Positions 60,970 through 64,000 of a DNA stretch of 64,000 nucleotides are shown here, piece after piece; the stretch's first letter is position 1; each line of letters starts with the position of its first letter. Origin of the DNA: an uncultured Spirochaetota bacterium (GTDB taxonomy: Bacteria > Spirochaetota > UBA4802 > UBA5550); NCBI GenBank assembly GCA_942493035.1, contig OW818666.1:4294874-4358873 (forward strand). Reading direction: 5' to 3'. The notes below the pieces were generated by a model. That model saw only the letters and a list, made by a program, of their open reading frames with translations, did no database searches and was not told where the DNA came from. Both the position numbers and the translations under genes were made by a program.

Positions 60970-61683
60970 CTATTCTATTAACTCAAAACTTTTAAATAAA
61001 TATTCTTCTGAATCTTTTTTGACGAACATCTTATAGTTAGTCCAACAACCTTTTGTAATATTAAATTGTGCAGTGATATGTAATCTATCTAAACTGTAAC
61101 CATCTATATATGCAATATTATCAGATACTTTTTTTATTGTATAATCAATGAACAATGGGTTAGCATTTACATTATCATCAAATTCAAATTTACAGGTCCA
61201 TGATTCACCAATTGAAATTTCTTTATCAGGGAAATAAAAAGGAATTATCACTGGTTTAATGTTTTTCTCTTTATTATTGAGTTTTAAAATGTTAAAGCCA
61301 AATATGCATCCCATTGATAGATAGTCATTACTATTATCAATAAATTCTCCGGTAGGGCTTATGATATTTTCAATTTCTCTATCTGTTGTAATAAAATAAC
61401 CAGGATAAGTTAGTGGATTACAACAGCTTGATTTATTAAATATTATCAAGGAAGATGTTACTTTGTAAGTATTTTTATCATTTTCCTTGATAGACATCTT
61501 AAAAATGCTATTGGAAGAATACGCACCAAAAAGTTTATTTAATATTACTGATTCTGGAGCAGGCTGAATCTGTATTTTATATTTCAAGTTTTCAATTGGT
61601 TTAAATATCAATAAGTGTTTATCTGCAGAATAGCTTTTTGAAAAGAATAATAGAATAAATGCGACTGTTATAATTTTATTCAT
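60970..61683 (-). CDS. secreted/lipoprotein-like cassette protein (duplicate of 53093-53806)
   Basis: Identical amino-acid sequence; start placed at MNKII after the RBS. Confidence 0.6.
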   Translation of the reverse strand: MNKIITVAFILLFFSKSYSADKHLLIFKPIENLKYKIQIQPAPESVILNKLFGAYSSNSIFKMSIKENDKNTYKVTSSLIIFNKSSCCNPLTYPGYFITTDREIENIISPTGEFIDNSNDYLSMGCIFGFNILKLNNKEKNIKPVIIPFYFPDKEISIGESWTCKFEFDDNVNANPLFIDYTIKKVSDNIAYIDGYSLDRLHITAQFNITKGCWTNYKMFVKKDSEEYLFKSFELIE

Positions 61684-61745
61684 AGGATTAATTTCCTCTT
61701 TTCTCTCCGGGCATGGACGCCCGGTCTTAAATTTTGTTGCCATTA

Positions 61746-61903
61746 CATATAACGTCTTGCTTATACGACGCTTGCCAAGTTTACTGGAAATTTTATATTC
61801 TATAAGTTTATACAAATCAAGTAGTTTTTTGCCACGACAAGTGGCAAGTGTGGCGAAGCCCAAGCGAGGTACTCCGAGCGCAGCGTATAAGCTTTGTTAT
61901 ATG
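61746..61903 (-). repeat. attC-like site (type GCTTATACG)
   Basis: CATATAACGTCTTGCTTATACGACGCTTGCC...GTGGCGAAGCCCAAGCGAGGTACTCCGAGCGCAGCGTATAAGCTTTGTTATAT. Confidence 0.75.
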
Positions 61904-61940
61904 GCGTAGCAAAAAATTGCAGAATCAATTTTCAATAAAA

Positions 61941-62315
61941 CTATAAGTATTTTTCTTCTTTACTTAAAAGCGAATTTAATTTTTTATCAAGTGACCAAAT
62001 CGGAGCATTTATTTTTCTTGCAGTAACAATTATAAAACTATCAATTATTCCAACACCAATAGAAGTGAGTTTATTTATCGAAGAATATTTACCTGCTTCA
62101 ATCCATCCATTTTCAATAATTGCTTTTGGAAGATTTTCCCAGTATAGTGAAATAATTTCTATTTCACGTTTGCTTTTTGCTCCTTGAAGTAATTCTCCAA
62201 AAATGCACTCGATAGCTAATACTTTTCGATTTTCCAACAAATCTTTAACTTTAGAATAGTATTCTGGTTTATTTTTCAAGAATTCAATCCAGATTGAGGT
62301 ATCAAGAATTATCAT
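61941..62315 (-). CDS. vapC: PIN-domain toxin VapC
   Basis: MIILDTSIWIEF...; overlaps the antitoxin gene by 4 bp. Confidence 0.75.
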   Translation of the reverse strand: MIILDTSIWIEFLKNKPEYYSKVKDLLENRKVLAIECIFGELLQGAKSKREIEIISLYWENLPKAIIENGWIEAGKYSSINKLTSIGVGIIDSFIIVTARKINAPIWSLDKKLNSLLSKEEKYL

Positions 62316-62527
62316 CTTTTCCTATTAACTTCACGTACTTTAGCAGCAGAGAAATCTTTTGAAAACTGCAATGGTTTCTTTGATATTTCATCGTTTAAGG
62401 CATGAACTTTTTTTAAAGAAAGCCATTCTTCTAGTGCAGTCACGAGACTTTCGGTAAGGTTTTTCCCACCTGCGAAATGTTTTACATCATTGACTAGTTC
62501 ATCTGGTATAAGTGCTGTTACTTTCAT
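62312..62527 (-). CDS. VapB-like antitoxin
   Basis: 71-aa ORF upstream of and coupled to the PIN gene. Confidence 0.6.
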   Translation of the reverse strand: MKVTALIPDELVNDVKHFAGGKNLTESLVTALEEWLSLKKVHALNDEISKKPLQFSKDFSAAKVREVNRKR

Positions 62528-62604
62528 GATGTAAATATACGATATTTTATCGTATATGTCAAGAGGAAATTTAAGTTTTATGGCAGATTGTTTTTTTTGC
62601 TATG

Positions 62605-62763
62605 CCATATAACGTCTTGGCTAACTGACGTTAGCGAGTTTTACAACCTATTTTTTTTAAAATCTTTTTGCCACGTACTAAAAGTGTTCAGCCACATTAG
62701 GTTGCTAATGTGGCCTCTGGCCCAAGCCGGTACTCCGGCGCCGCTGTTAGCCTTTGTTATATG
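62605..62763 (-). repeat. attC-like site (type GGCTAAC)
   Basis: R''/R' pair CATATAAC...GTTATATG flanking GGCTAAC...GTTAGCC. Confidence 0.75.
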
Positions 62764-62832
62764 ATGCGACGTGCCTTCACGCAAAGTTTTGATGGGTTAA
62801 TACACGGATGTATTAACCCAATACAAATAATT

Positions 62833-63363
62833 TTATCTTACTAAATAACCTTTATCAAACTGCTCTTTACATAAATCATCAATAAATAGTTGAGCTTGAG
62901 ACTTAAATTTATTTAATTGAATCGTATTTATATAAAAATTATAAGTATTGATTTCATTGAATGATATATCAACATCAGTAGAATTAATTTTTACTTTAAA
63001 ATTAAAATAAGTCTTAATTGGTGCAAATGAATATCTCACGTAAATAAAACTAAAAGCTGATATTTCATATAATTCTTCATCTATAATAATTTTATCAATC
63101 ATGTTTTCGGATGGATTTTTATACTTTTTATTGAAATATGATTCCATTGAATCATCAAATGATGATATTTCATAAGAAAAATTATGCTTCTTCAGTAAAA
63201 CTGGAATTTGATTTTTTAATTCTAAAAATACAGCTTCATTATTCTTAGCAATATTAATTTTATATGAAACACTGTAATTTGCTTCATCTTTTGTTAAAGA
63301 AATACATGATGTAAAAAAGAATGCAAAAATAATCACTAAATATTTTCTCATATATAAATTCAT
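62833..63363 (-). CDS. lipoprotein-like cassette protein
   Basis: Start placed at MNLYMRKYLVIIFAFFFTSC; the upstream part of the listed ORF is hairpin translation. Confidence 0.55.
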   Translation of the reverse strand: MNLYMRKYLVIIFAFFFTSCISLTKDEANYSVSYKINIAKNNEAVFLELKNQIPVLLKKHNFSYEISSFDDSMESYFNKKYKNPSENMIDKIIIDEELYEISAFSFIYVRYSFAPIKTYFNFKVKINSTDVDISFNEINTYNFYINTIQLNKFKSQAQLFIDDLCKEQFDKGYLVR

Positions 63364-63412
63364 CCTCTCCGCGCACGGACGCGCGGTCTTTAAAAGTTTG
63401 GGCACGTCGTTT

Positions 63413-63568
63413 CATATAACGTCTTGGCTAAACGACGTTTGCCAAGTTTACTAAAAATTTTATACTGAATGAGTTTATACAAATCAAGAAGTTTTTGCCA
63501 CGATTAAGTGGCAAATGTGGCGAAGCCCAAGCCGGTACTCCGGCGCCGCGTTTAGCCTTTGTTATATG
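63413..63568 (-). repeat. attC-like site
   Basis: CATATAACGTCTTGGCTAAACGACGTTTGCCAAG...GTGGCGAAGCCCAAGCCGGTACTCCGGCGCCGCGTTTAGCCTTTGTTATAT. Confidence 0.75.
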
Positions 63569-63632
63569 AAGTGACGTGCCTTACATATAAAGTTTGTCGA
63601 GTACACGGACGTACGAGACTGCTGATAATCGG

Positions 63633-63953
63633 TTATTCATACTTTCCGTAAGGTAAATTATGAAGTTCATCCCAAAAACTATTTGGGTAAATAATTCCAG
63701 TTTTTAAAAATTCTTTATAATCATTGATTCCATTTTTTAATAATGTACTATTATTATCATTAACGGATGTATGGAAACCAAGAATGTTTGCAATAACTTC
63801 AAGATCGTCAGGCGTATATGGGTGATTAAAAGTACCATCATTTTTGATTTTTTCTTTGATATCTTGTTGATAACCAATTGTCATTAAACCAAATTTATTT
63901 ATTAAACCCCAGAGAGTTGATGAATAATCATATTTAGTAAAATTGAAATACAA
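63633..63953 (-). CDS. hypothetical cassette protein
   Basis: 106-aa ORF at the window edge. Confidence 0.45.
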   Translation of the reverse strand: MYFNFTKYDYSSTLWGLINKFGLMTIGYQQDIKEKIKNDGTFNHPYTPDDLEVIANILGFHTSVNDNNSTLLKNGINDYKEFLKTGIIYPNSFWDELHNLPYGKYE

Positions 63954-64000
63954 TTCAGTTATTTTTTTAATTTCATTCTTATCAAATCCTATTTCTTCGA

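Noticed and set aside
32500-64000. Possible CRISPR array, given the many similar repeats
   Set aside because: The repeats are 100-160 bp, imperfect, internally palindromic and separated by genes of 0.3-1 kb. That is attC-like, not CRISPR.
1-64000. tRNA or rRNA genes
   Set aside because: No cloverleaf-compatible or rRNA-like segments were recognised by eye, and none are claimed.

Overview
Low-GC bacterial chromosome in two parts. Positions 1-32500 are ordinary core genome. They carry sppA, tmk, a Sua5/TsaC synthase, an OmpA-domain giant protein, htpG, smpB and a chemotaxis cluster (HDOD, cheD, two MCPs, cheW). They also carry an ABC-F ATPase, a small acyl-CoA/thioesterase/PadR cluster and several GC-rich intergenic hairpins. 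From about 32500 to the window end the sequence is best explained as a large sedentary chromosomal integron-type cassette array. About 20 attC-like recombination sites of 100-160 bp have inverse cores ATATAAC...GTTATAT and a conserved central block (GGAGTACC..CTTGGGC..CGCCACAT). They delimit small cargo units: seven toxin-antitoxin pairs, lipoproteins, unknowns, and an HhH-GPD glycosylase plus nuclease-like pair. No intI lies in the window; it is presumably beyond 64000. The array is heavily colonised by elements that almost all sit inside attC sites. Three identical 1834-bp group II introns (class-C-like, 413-aa RT/maturase) are inserted after the same GCCACATT motif of three attCs. There are two identical IS110-family copies inside attC centres, two identical IS21 copies (istAB), two IS30 copies, a truncated IS3, and two partial IS1182 copies. 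Flank analysis indicates an IS21-mediated inversion of a 5.7-kb cassette segment, a duplicated cassette, and a hybrid attC around one intron copy.
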